DNA of 20,000 bases from an uncultured virus (IMG/VR IMGVR_UViG_3300042356_001581) (IMGVR_UViG_3300042356_001581); one strand, 5' to 3'. Shown: positions 8,648 through 15,769, counted from the first letter of the stretch. Notes: generated by a model from the sequence alone, not told the origin. Made by a program: numbers and translations.

Positions 8648-8947
8648 TTATTTTGAAGAACGAGACGAACCAAAAGTTAAGATACCTGCTCCAAGAACAA
8701 AACCGAAGTTATACCAACCTCCATTGTTATTATAAGCATAAAATGCAATATCATCAGAAAATAAACTACCAATAAATGAAATTGGCGCAACTATTCCGTG
8801 CCATAAACCGCCCCAAAATCCATAAGGAGAACTTGTAATACAATCTTGTACGTGTGGGCTTACATCGGCACAAGAAGTTAAAGAAAGAAAAACAAGGCAT
8901 AACAGCCATTTGGCAAGATTGCGGGTTAATTTTGTGTTTTGAAACAT
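8648..8947 (-). CDS. Cassette 8: putative lipoprotein/membrane protein
   Basis: Lipobox-like LTSC after a hydrophobic stretch; GFWGGLWHG and GWYNFGF hydrophobic segments. Confidence 0.75.
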   Translation of the reverse strand: MFQNTKLTRNLAKWLLCLVFLSLTSCADVSPHVQDCITSSPYGFWGGLWHGIVAPISFIGSLFSDDIAFYAYNNNGGWYNFGFVLGAGILTFGSSRSSK

Positions 8948-9029
8948 AGTTTTTAAATTTAAAGATTAGTAATATTTTGCGTGTTTGGGTCTTGAATCGT
9001 CCGCAACCTCGCCAAGTGGCAGGACGTTA
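8900..9029 (+). repeat. Hairpin site A8
   Basis: TAAC-agccatttggcaagattgcgg ... ccgcaacctcgccaagtggc-aggac-GTTA. Confidence 0.88.
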
Positions 9030-9038
9030 GGCGCAATG

Positions 9039-9215
9039 CTAATCCAAGACACCTGCCAACCAAATTGGACAAAATATAAGCCAGTACAAAAATCGTTCTT
9101 GTAAACTGACTGCTAAGTTGTCTTTACCTATTGTTTTGCAATCATTCCTCCAAATCAAATAGAATGGAATAAAAAGAACTATTTGCAGTAATACACATAT
9201 CAATATTTTGTTCAT
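9039..9215 (-). CDS. Cassette 9: 58 aa two-TM membrane protein (not in the ORF track)
   Basis: Read manually: MNKILICVLLQIVLFIPFYLIWRNDCKTIGKDNLAVSLQERFLYWLIFCPIWLAGVLD*; fills cassette 9026-9249. Confidence 0.7.
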   Translation of the reverse strand: MNKILICVLLQIVLFIPFYLIWRNDCKTIGKDNLAVSLQERFLYWLIFCPIWLAGVLD

Positions 9216-9245
9216 TTTGTTTCAATTTGTGAGAAGCACTGCACC

Positions 9246-9333
9246 TAACAGCACATAGGCAATAGTTGCCAGAAACCTCTCGGTTAATAATTTAATTTAT
9301 CGTAGGCAACCATCGCCTATCTGCAAAACGTTA
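9246..9333 (+). repeat. Hairpin site A9
   Basis: TAAC-agcacataggcaatagttgcc ... ggcaaccatcgcctatctgc-aaaac-GTTA. Confidence 0.88.
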
Positions 9334-9552
9334 TGGTTTATGCTTCGATTGGTTTTCATAAGAACTTATATTTTTGCTCATATTGAAATAAATAATTGTA
9401 AAAACAATTGCTCCAAATGTTACGATTCCCCAATCTCCAATTTTATCAGATGCTTTATATGTAAATAATGCCGTTCCAAACCAACACATAATCGAACACC
9501 ATTTCATTTGTCTTTTAAAGTTTTTCGCTTCTTTAATAAATTCTTCACTCAT
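9331..9552 (-). CDS. Cassette 10: small two-TM membrane protein
   Basis: 73 aa, two hydrophobic helices; stop codon is the TTA of the core. Confidence 0.7.
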   Translation of the reverse strand: MSEEFIKEAKNFKRQMKWCSIMCWFGTALFTYKASDKIGDWGIVTFGAIVFTIIYFNMSKNISSYENQSKHKP

Positions 9553-9583
9553 TACGTTTTCGTTTTATGAACCGCACTAACCA

Positions 9584-9710
9584 TAACAAGTGTTTGGCAA
9601 AAAAGCGGGTTCGGTTATTAATTTAAAATTTGTTTTGTGTCTTTATAATTCAGGCTTAATCGAAGTTTTATGCTTTCTTAATCGCTTCTTCGCCAAGCAC
9701 TCGAACGTTA
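9584..9710 (+). repeat. Hairpin site A10
   Basis: TAAC-aagtgtttggcaaaaaagcg ... cgcttcttcgccaagcact-cgaac-GTTA. Confidence 0.85.
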
Positions 9711-10502
9711 GTGGCAATACTCCGAAGCCCTCCGAACAGCGACATCGTAATATTGTTTTTCCTTTTCTATTCCAATTGATTTGCGATTTAATTTGATACA
9801 AGCCAAGTTTGTTGTACCGCTTCCTGTTGTGTTATCCAATACCATATCACCTTCATTAGTATATGATTTCACAAGCATTTCAAGTAAAGCAAGTGGTTTC
9901 TGTGTTGGGTGTATCGTTCCATCAAGTTTTGTTTTTTGTTTATCTGAAGCAAAAACTTGTACACTTCTTGGGTATCTGTCAGTTTCTCCGCCACCGCTTA
10001 CATCTTGCTTTACTTTTCCATACACTTCTGTTTTATTGCAAACTTCGGCTTTCTTGGTATAGGTATTTACAGGCTTATGTCCTTCTGTTTTTTGTGGATT
10101 AAACTTTGGTGTTTTATTGTAAAATACTAAAATGTTTTCGTGTGCTTTCATAGGCATTTTCTTTGCATTAAAATATCCTGTTGCTTGTGTTTTCTCCCAA
10201 ATCCATTCGTATTTTAACCATTCCAAATTTGAGCAACCAAGCACTTTATCAAATGGTGTTTGTGCAAATAAAATTACCACCCCATTATAATTTAGTATTC
10301 GTTTATATTGTTCCCAAAGTTTATTCAAATCCAAAACAGAATCCCATTTGCAGTTAGTAGTACCATAAGGCAAATCGCAAATAATAGCATCAATTGATTT
10401 ATCCTCAATAAAAGGAAAAACATCGAAACAATCTGCGTTCACAAAAGTACTGCCACTAACACGGGTTTGGCAAAATGGCTGTTCAGTAATTCTATCAATC
10501 AT
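9708..10502 (-). CDS. Cassette 11: N6-adenine/N4-cytosine DNA methyltransferase (beta class)
   Basis: ICDLPYG, YEWIWEK, HPTQKP, LDNTTGSGTT, IGIE. Confidence 0.92.
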   Translation of the reverse strand: MIDRITEQPFCQTRVSGSTFVNADCFDVFPFIEDKSIDAIICDLPYGTTNCKWDSVLDLNKLWEQYKRILNYNGVVILFAQTPFDKVLGCSNLEWLKYEWIWEKTQATGYFNAKKMPMKAHENILVFYNKTPKFNPQKTEGHKPVNTYTKKAEVCNKTEVYGKVKQDVSGGGETDRYPRSVQVFASDKQKTKLDGTIHPTQKPLALLEMLVKSYTNEGDMVLDNTTGSGTTNLACIKLNRKSIGIEKEKQYYDVAVRRASEYCH

Positions 10503-10527
10503 TAGTTTTTAATTTAAAGATTAGTTT
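10457..10527 (+). repeat. Truncated hairpin site A11 (left half, copy of A3)
   Basis: First 47 nt identical to 7247-7293; right arm and GTTA core absent. Confidence 0.75.
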
Positions 10528-10854
10528 TTACTTAGTCGTTATCCGTAACAACAAAATACACCACCCGACTTTATCCGACTTCATAAAATCTTGTATTTCA
10601 GAAATTAGTTGCTCTTTAGTTTCAGTTACAAATTCTTGCCTTCCATCAGGTTGTGGATTTCCATTATTCATTTTGTAGGCAAACCAAATTTTAGCATAAT
10701 ATTCACTACTTTCTTCATCAGGATTTTCCACTATACAAGATTTTATTCTACTATCAAGCGAAGTTATCTCATCAGAAGTAACTGCACCTAACAGTGGTTT
10801 TGACTTATTGCCACATTCGGCTTCATTTAATGATTGTTTTGTACTTGTATTCAT
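10528..10854 (-). CDS. Cassette 12: hypothetical protein
   Basis: 108 aa; start in hairpin A12. Confidence 0.65.
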   Translation of the reverse strand: MNTSTKQSLNEAECGNKSKPLLGAVTSDEITSLDSRIKSCIVENPDEESSEYYAKIWFAYKMNNGNPQPDGRQEFVTETKEQLISEIQDFMKSDKVGWCILLLRITTK

Positions 10855-10917
10855 TGGTTTTTAATTTAAAGATTAGGTCTTATTTTATTGGCAACAAGAC
10901 AAAGCCACCAAACGTTA
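10789..10917 (+). repeat. Hairpin site A12
   Basis: TAAC-agtggttttgacttattgcca ... tggcaacaagacaaagccac-caaac-GTTA. Confidence 0.85.
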
Positions 10918-10926
10918 TGAGCAAGT

Positions 10927-11229
10927 TTACTGACCGTCTTCGTAAAGACTCATTTCAAAACCGTGAGAGTAAAAATCTCCAAGTCCACCCGCATCAATAA
11001 CTATTTTGAAATTATAATCTTCGTGAGAAACTACAATTTGAGTTCCTTCATCATCTTCTATGTTTTCAGTTGGTATTCCAACACATTCTATAAAGTGTTG
11101 CATACTTTGATTATTATCCATACTCATATTATCATTTTCATTAATAATACGATATGATGTTTCTCCTTTTGCAAATTCATCAAACATTTGTGTTATCGAA
11201 TTTGGTATCTCATAAATTTCTGTTTTCAT
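10927..11229 (-). CDS. Cassette 13: acidic hypothetical protein
   Basis: 100 aa ORF; IR gttatgagcaagtt / aacctgctcataac. Confidence 0.7.
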   Translation of the reverse strand: MKTEIYEIPNSITQMFDEFAKGETSYRIINENDNMSMDNNQSMQHFIECVGIPTENIEDDEGTQIVVSHEDYNFKIVIDAGGLGDFYSHGFEMSLYEDGQ

Positions 11230-11263
11230 AATAATATTTTGTTTAAATTACACAACCTGCTCA

Positions 11264-11391
11264 TAACAGCAATTTGGCAATATGTCGGTTTTGGTCTTTA
11301 ATTTAATAGTTGTTTTGTACTTGTAGAAATTCGGTATTTCCGAATGTATTAGCTTCCTTAAACCGACACATCGTCAAGTTGCATAACGTTA
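11264..11391 (+). repeat. Hairpin site A13
   Basis: TAAC-agcaatttggcaatatgtcggttt ... aaaccgacacatcgtcaagttgc-ataac-GTTA. Confidence 0.88.
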
Positions 11392-11400
11392 GTAGCAAGA

Positions 11401-11625
11401 CTACGTTTTATCTTTCAAAGACAAAACCTTGAATGTTGGGTAGCCTTTAGGTATTCCAAAACCAAAACCAATATAAACAGAATGATGTCCCCAACATAAA
11501 CCTATTCCGTAAACACTTACGATTTCTAATATAGTCAATACTCCAAATAAATATGGTGTAATTGCAAAATCTTCTTTATTTAATTTGGTATTTTGATAAC
11601 CTCCTATAATTTTTGGTTTTCTCAT
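11401..11625 (-). CDS. Cassette 14: small hydrophobic hypothetical protein
   Basis: 74 aa ORF filling the cassette. Confidence 0.65.
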   Translation of the reverse strand: MRKPKIIGGYQNTKLNKEDFAITPYLFGVLTILEIVSVYGIGLCWGHHSVYIGFGFGIPKGYPTFKVLSLKDKT

Positions 11626-11662
11626 TTCAATAATATTTAGTTTTAATAATCCGTCCAGCTAC

Positions 11663-11735
11663 TAACACACGTTTGTAGCTAGTGGAGGAATCTACACTTC
11701 CGAATACGCCACCATCTACAAGCGTTGGAAGGTTA
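11663..11735 (+). repeat. Hairpin site A14
   Basis: TAAC-acacgtttgtagctagtgg ... ccaccatctacaagcgt-tggaag-GTTA. Confidence 0.8.
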
Positions 11736-11742
11736 GCAGTAA

Positions 11743-11937
11743 TTATTCCCAATCTTCCTTATCAGCTTGAGTTTCTGCCATTACAGCTATTATTTGCCTT
11801 TCACGTTCTGTAAATTCAAACCAATTAGTTTGCCAATCGTAAGGAACGTAATTTCTCCAATCGTGAACTTTTCCTTTTTCTTCAAACTTTGGATTTTCAA
11901 TATCTATTAATTCTGTAAAATTTTCAAATATGTTCAT
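11743..11937 (-). CDS. Cassette 15: hypothetical protein
   Basis: ATG at 11937 (MNIFENF...) preferred to TTG at 11967; HDWRNYVP motif. Confidence 0.65.
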   Translation of the reverse strand: MNIFENFTELIDIENPKFEEKGKVHDWRNYVPYDWQTNWFEFTERERQIIAVMAETQADKEDWE

Positions 11938-11961
11938 CTCGTTTAGTATTATAACTACTGC

Positions 11962-12087
11962 TAACAACGGTTATACAATAGTTGGGTTAATTGTTTAATT
12001 TAAAGTCTGTTTTGTGTCGAGATAATTTGTGTTAATCGGAAAATTACGGCTATCTTATCCCAACCATCGTATAGCCGTCAAACGTTA
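11962..12087 (+). repeat. Hairpin site A15
   Basis: TAAC-aacggttatacaatagttggg ... cccaaccatcgtatagccgt-caaac-GTTA. Confidence 0.88.
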
Positions 12088-12096
12088 GCAGTAATA

Positions 12097-12993
12097 CTAT
12101 ATTCCATCTCCGAATGAAGTCACTACATTAAAATCTTTTTCTTTTCTTTTTTCTTCCACCCTCTTTAAAGAAATATTAAAATAATCCATATTATTCTCAA
12201 TTCCGATAAAGTTCCTATTTGTGTTTATACAGGCAATTCCTGTTGTCATTGAGCCACCAAACATATCTAAAACAGTTTGATATTCTTTTGTGAAAGTTTT
12301 TATTAAGTTTTCCATTAGTTTTAACGGCTTTTGGGTTTCGTGTAACTTGTCTGAAATATGCGAACTTTCTTCAATTAAATTTGTTTTGTAAATTTCAGAA
12401 GAAAAAGTACCTGTACCATACTTCAAATAACAATCTGTAATAGTTCCACCAATCTTATATGGCTTAAACATATACACAATTGGTTCTACTATTGGTGCTA
12501 AATTACCCAATCTTCTATTATCGCTATAATCTGAATTTCTTTTACCTATTACTTGACCTATCCTTTGTGCTTTAAATGGTGCTTTTTTCTTATTCCAACT
12601 AATTACATCTTTTAATATTAGACCGCTATTTTCTCCTGCAACCGTAAACCTATGTTGATATTGCCTTCCTGTAAAACATAATATTGGAGACGCAGGTTTC
12701 ATAATTCGATAACACTCTTTTAAAAAACTTTCGCAAAATATTTGAAATTCAATACTTATTTGCTTGTCTTTATCACTCCATCCATTTTTAGGCTTACCTC
12801 TACTTTTAAATATTTTACTATTTTGTTGCGCAGGGGAACTCCCTAATAATGCAGTATTGGTATTAGAATGTTTAACATCCCAATCACTAAATGAAATCCC
12901 ATAAGGAATATCTGAAATTATAGCATCAATACTTTCATCTGCTATCAATTTCATTTGTTCTATTGCATCTCCGTATCTTAAATCTATTGTCAT
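12097..12993 (-). CDS. Cassette 16: N6-adenine/N4-cytosine DNA methyltransferase (beta class)
   Basis: ISDIPYG, HETQKP, LDMFGGSMTT, FIGIE. Confidence 0.9.
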   Translation of the reverse strand: MTIDLRYGDAIEQMKLIADESIDAIISDIPYGISFSDWDVKHSNTNTALLGSSPAQQNSKIFKSRGKPKNGWSDKDKQISIEFQIFCESFLKECYRIMKPASPILCFTGRQYQHRFTVAGENSGLILKDVISWNKKKAPFKAQRIGQVIGKRNSDYSDNRRLGNLAPIVEPIVYMFKPYKIGGTITDCYLKYGTGTFSSEIYKTNLIEESSHISDKLHETQKPLKLMENLIKTFTKEYQTVLDMFGGSMTTGIACINTNRNFIGIENNMDYFNISLKRVEEKRKEKDFNVVTSFGDGI

Positions 12994-13087
12994 AATTTTA
13001 TTTTAATATTTTGCCATCGCTTTAAAAAAGAAAAGAAAAAGGTTCAGTTCTCCGAATGAGCATTTGTGGTTAATTACCGTACTACTG

Positions 13088-13148
13088 TAACACCACCTAT
13101 ACGCAAGTTTTGTGAAAAACAAAACCTGACGTATAGCTGTAAACGTTA
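13088..13148 (+). repeat. Hairpin site A16
   Basis: TAAC-accacctatacgcaagttttgt ... acaaaacctgacgtatag-ctgtaaac-GTTA; arms related to A5. Confidence 0.8.
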
Positions 13149-13152
13149 GCCG

Positions 13153-13605
13153 TCATTCTAAAACGACCGCATCCAACGACTTTAATCTGTTTAAAATATA
13201 AAGGTTTGGTCTTATGTATTTATTTTCTCTTCTGAATTGTTCTTTGTCGATTTCTGACAAAAATTTATCATACAAAAAAGTTGCAACCGCACCGCTTCGA
13301 GAAATTCCAGCAGAACAATGAACCATAAATACTGACTTTTCTTTATGTTTTTCGATAAAATCAACTATTTCTTTTAGTTCTTTATCATTTGGTTTTTCAT
13401 ATTTTAACTCACCATTTTCATATAAATCTTCTTCAATATCCCACATTTTAACTTGCAGAAAATTGTCTATTGATTTATCAAATTTTTGCTCGTTATTATC
13501 AATATCGAGTATTGAAATAAAACAAGCATAGTCGTAATATTTAAACTCTTTATCAGTAAAGTTTTTATCGAAAACTAATTTTGGTATTGCTTTTATTTGC
13601 TTCAT
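13153..13605 (-). CDS. Cassette 17: protein-tyrosine/dual-specificity phosphatase-like protein
   Basis: Catalytic HCxxGxxRS motif (VHCSAGISRS) and a C-terminal PN motif. Confidence 0.85.
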   Translation of the reverse strand: MKQIKAIPKLVFDKNFTDKEFKYYDYACFISILDIDNNEQKFDKSIDNFLQVKMWDIEEDLYENGELKYEKPNDKELKEIVDFIEKHKEKSVFMVHCSAGISRSGAVATFLYDKFLSEIDKEQFRRENKYIRPNLYILNRLKSLDAVVLE

Positions 13606-13638
13606 TTTAAATTATTTAGTGGAAAAAGAACGAACGGC

Positions 13639-13756
13639 TAAAAAAGTGTATAAGCAATAACCGTTAGGCGTTTTTAACTATTGCGGTTGTTAATATTTAT
13701 TTTATATTTCTAATCAAGTTTTGTGTTCGGCAACTTCGCCAAGCCTACAAAAGTTA
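13639..13756 (+). repeat. Degenerate hairpin site A17
   Basis: Core reads TAAA instead of TAAC; right end acttcgccaag-cctacaaaa-GTTA does not pair with the left arm. Confidence 0.55.
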
Positions 13757-13972
13757 TAAAGCATTTAAAGCTGTAACTATTTTATTCGCCATTTCATCAC
13801 AATATTCTTCGCCGTTATCATAAACTAAATGGCAAACCACTTTATTCATATCGTTGTCTATAATTGCGAATAAAGCAAAGTCAGCTACAATTACTTTATT
13901 GATAGAAAAACGGCTTATAACAGCGGTTTTTCCGTATTGTGGAATTTGGGTATTTTTTAAAAGCTTAGTCAT
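13754..13972 (-). CDS. Cassette 18: hypothetical protein
   Basis: 72 aa; stop codon is the TTA of the core; start lies in the half-site beginning at TAAC 13918. Confidence 0.65.
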   Translation of the reverse strand: MTKLLKNTQIPQYGKTAVISRFSINKVIVADFALFAIIDNDMNKVVCHLVYDNGEEYCDEMANKIVTALNAL

Positions 13973-13990
13973 AACTTTAAAATTTAATTA

Positions 13991-15745
13991 TTATTTGTTT
14001 TTTATTTTAATGAACGGTAAAAAATCTTCTAATTCTTTAATCATATCGAACTCCACTTGCTTTGTTTTTGGAAAGCACTTAGAAATATCTTTTAAGGTAT
14101 TCCTAATATCCCTACCGCTAAAAGGCTTGTATTTTGCCCATAGTTTTTCAATAGTAGGCGTTTCAATCGTCATACCGAAGTTTTCAGAAAGTATATTCCA
14201 TAACTGAACCGTTTCTTCAAAAGTTGGTAAATCATACTTGATATGTAATGTAACCCTTGATATTATAGCATCATCAATTGTGTCAGGTCTATTTGAGGTT
14301 AAAAATAAAATCCCGTTGTAGTATTCCATTAATCGTAGAAACGTTCCTACTATGCAATTTTGAAGTATATCGTTGCCTCTTTTGTAAATATAACTATCTG
14401 CTTCGTCAATAAGTAAAACTGCGTCCCACTTTTCGGCACGATACAGTATCTTATTTAGATTATTTTCTATGTCAGCAACACTTATACCAAGTTGTGATGA
14501 TTGAACGCAATACAGCGGTTTTTTCATCACCTCCGAATAAACTTCAGCAGTAAGTGTTTTTCCAAGACCCGATTCTCCTGTGCTTAAAATTACGATACCG
14601 CCACTTTTTCCTGAAATTAAATCTTCAAAATTATTTTTAGAACCGATTAACGATGAAAGTATTTTTTTTCTTTGCTGACTAATAACAAGCTTATCTATGA
14701 TTTCGGAGTTGTAAACGTAGGGCAAAATATTATTGACGTGAACTATTGCATATCTAAAAGAAGTAATGTCGTAAGTTAAAACGTATGGGTGTTCAGGTAT
14801 CTCAACAGTACCAAAACTGTCACTAGAAACAGTATAAGTCAAAGACGCACTTTTAAGGTTATCTACAACAAGTTTGTTTGACTTATTTTCATCATTCAAA
14901 TCTTTCCAGCTTCTAATACCACCCTTGCTATCTGAAATAACATAGCCTTTAGTTTCACAAGTGTAAACCTTACCTATTTGTTTGGAAACCAAATTAGCTT
15001 TTTCTAAATCTTTTTGGTAAACATCAAAGTAATCGTCATCCATTAGCATAATGTTTTTTCCTGCTAATATTTTAGACAATAAAAAACTATCTTTTTTGTT
15101 TATAGTTTTTGCTTTTAGCTTCTTTTTACTTTTATCATCGTCATCGTCATCGTCATCATTTTGATTAGATAAAGTATATTCGTTAAACTCCTCTTCGCTA
15201 ATTAAAGTAATGTCGCTTTTATAGAAATTTATATTTTTGGATTGCTTGTCTTTTTTTATTTCAGAATCACTATTCCAATGACTGTTTGATTCGATTGAAA
15301 TGTAAGTAAAACCCAAACTCATATAAGCATCATCATCTCTACTTCTTGCTTTATATTTTACAGACGTTACTGCGCAAGGAACTACCATACCGTCAGGATT
15401 CATTTTTAAAACCCATTTGTATTTCGAGTTTTTGAAAATTGATATTAGGGTTTTCTCCAACTGCGGTAATGAAGTGATTATTGCATCTTTTGGATTGCTT
15501 AGATTCTTAATCCAATTGTTTAGTGTGGAAATGGTTTTCCCATTACACTTTTTCTCGACAAGCAACTTTTCCAATAGTTCGCAATCTTCTTTTTTAACTT
15601 CAGATAAATCTAAGTAAACAGACTGGGCTTTGTCATAGTTTTTTTGACTTAAAGAGTCCCTAACAGACCAACTTAAATGATTGTTTAAAAAGTTAGCAGA
15701 AACTCTTAATTCGTCAATAATTGATAGGCTTAATGTTATATTCAT
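13991..15745 (-). CDS. AAA+ ATPase (single C-terminal AAA module, long N-terminal domain)
   Basis: Walker A GESGLGKT, Walker B LLIDEAD, sensor-1 LTSNR, D.AIISR; ATG 15745 preferred because the TTG at 15772 overlaps the promoter. Confidence 0.88.
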   Translation of the reverse strand: MNITLSLSIIDELRVSANFLNNHLSWSVRDSLSQKNYDKAQSVYLDLSEVKKEDCELLEKLLVEKKCNGKTISTLNNWIKNLSNPKDAIITSLPQLEKTLISIFKNSKYKWVLKMNPDGMVVPCAVTSVKYKARSRDDDAYMSLGFTYISIESNSHWNSDSEIKKDKQSKNINFYKSDITLISEEEFNEYTLSNQNDDDDDDDDKSKKKLKAKTINKKDSFLLSKILAGKNIMLMDDDYFDVYQKDLEKANLVSKQIGKVYTCETKGYVISDSKGGIRSWKDLNDENKSNKLVVDNLKSASLTYTVSSDSFGTVEIPEHPYVLTYDITSFRYAIVHVNNILPYVYNSEIIDKLVISQQRKKILSSLIGSKNNFEDLISGKSGGIVILSTGESGLGKTLTAEVYSEVMKKPLYCVQSSQLGISVADIENNLNKILYRAEKWDAVLLIDEADSYIYKRGNDILQNCIVGTFLRLMEYYNGILFLTSNRPDTIDDAIISRVTLHIKYDLPTFEETVQLWNILSENFGMTIETPTIEKLWAKYKPFSGRDIRNTLKDISKCFPKTKQVEFDMIKELEDFLPFIKIKNK

Positions 15746-15769
15746 AGTGTTTTTTTTGTTTCTTGTTTG

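Larger units (their letters stand above)
5538..13990 (+). mobile_element. Cassette array 1: 18 single-gene cassettes separated by attC/dif-like hairpins
   Basis: Alternating GTTA...TAAC gene segments with cassette-specific terminal inverted repeats and TAAC...GTTA hairpins; 15 intact hairpins, 3 damaged. Confidence 0.85.

Noticed and set aside
6486..12993. Complete restriction-modification systems
   Set aside because: No recognisable endonuclease lies next to any methyltransferase.
5870..13148. Hairpins as intrinsic terminators or REP/MITE copies
   Set aside because: No U-tracts, long loops, little sequence identity between copies, no target-site duplications, and many overlap coding starts; none of these would explain the cassette-specific outer IRs.
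5538..13990. CRISPR array interpretation of the periodic repeats
   Set aside because: Repeats are not identical direct repeats, the intervening segments are 115-1000 bp whole genes, and no cas genes are present.
15135..15158. (TCATCG)n microsatellite
   Set aside because: Simply encodes a poly-Asp linker in the ATPase.
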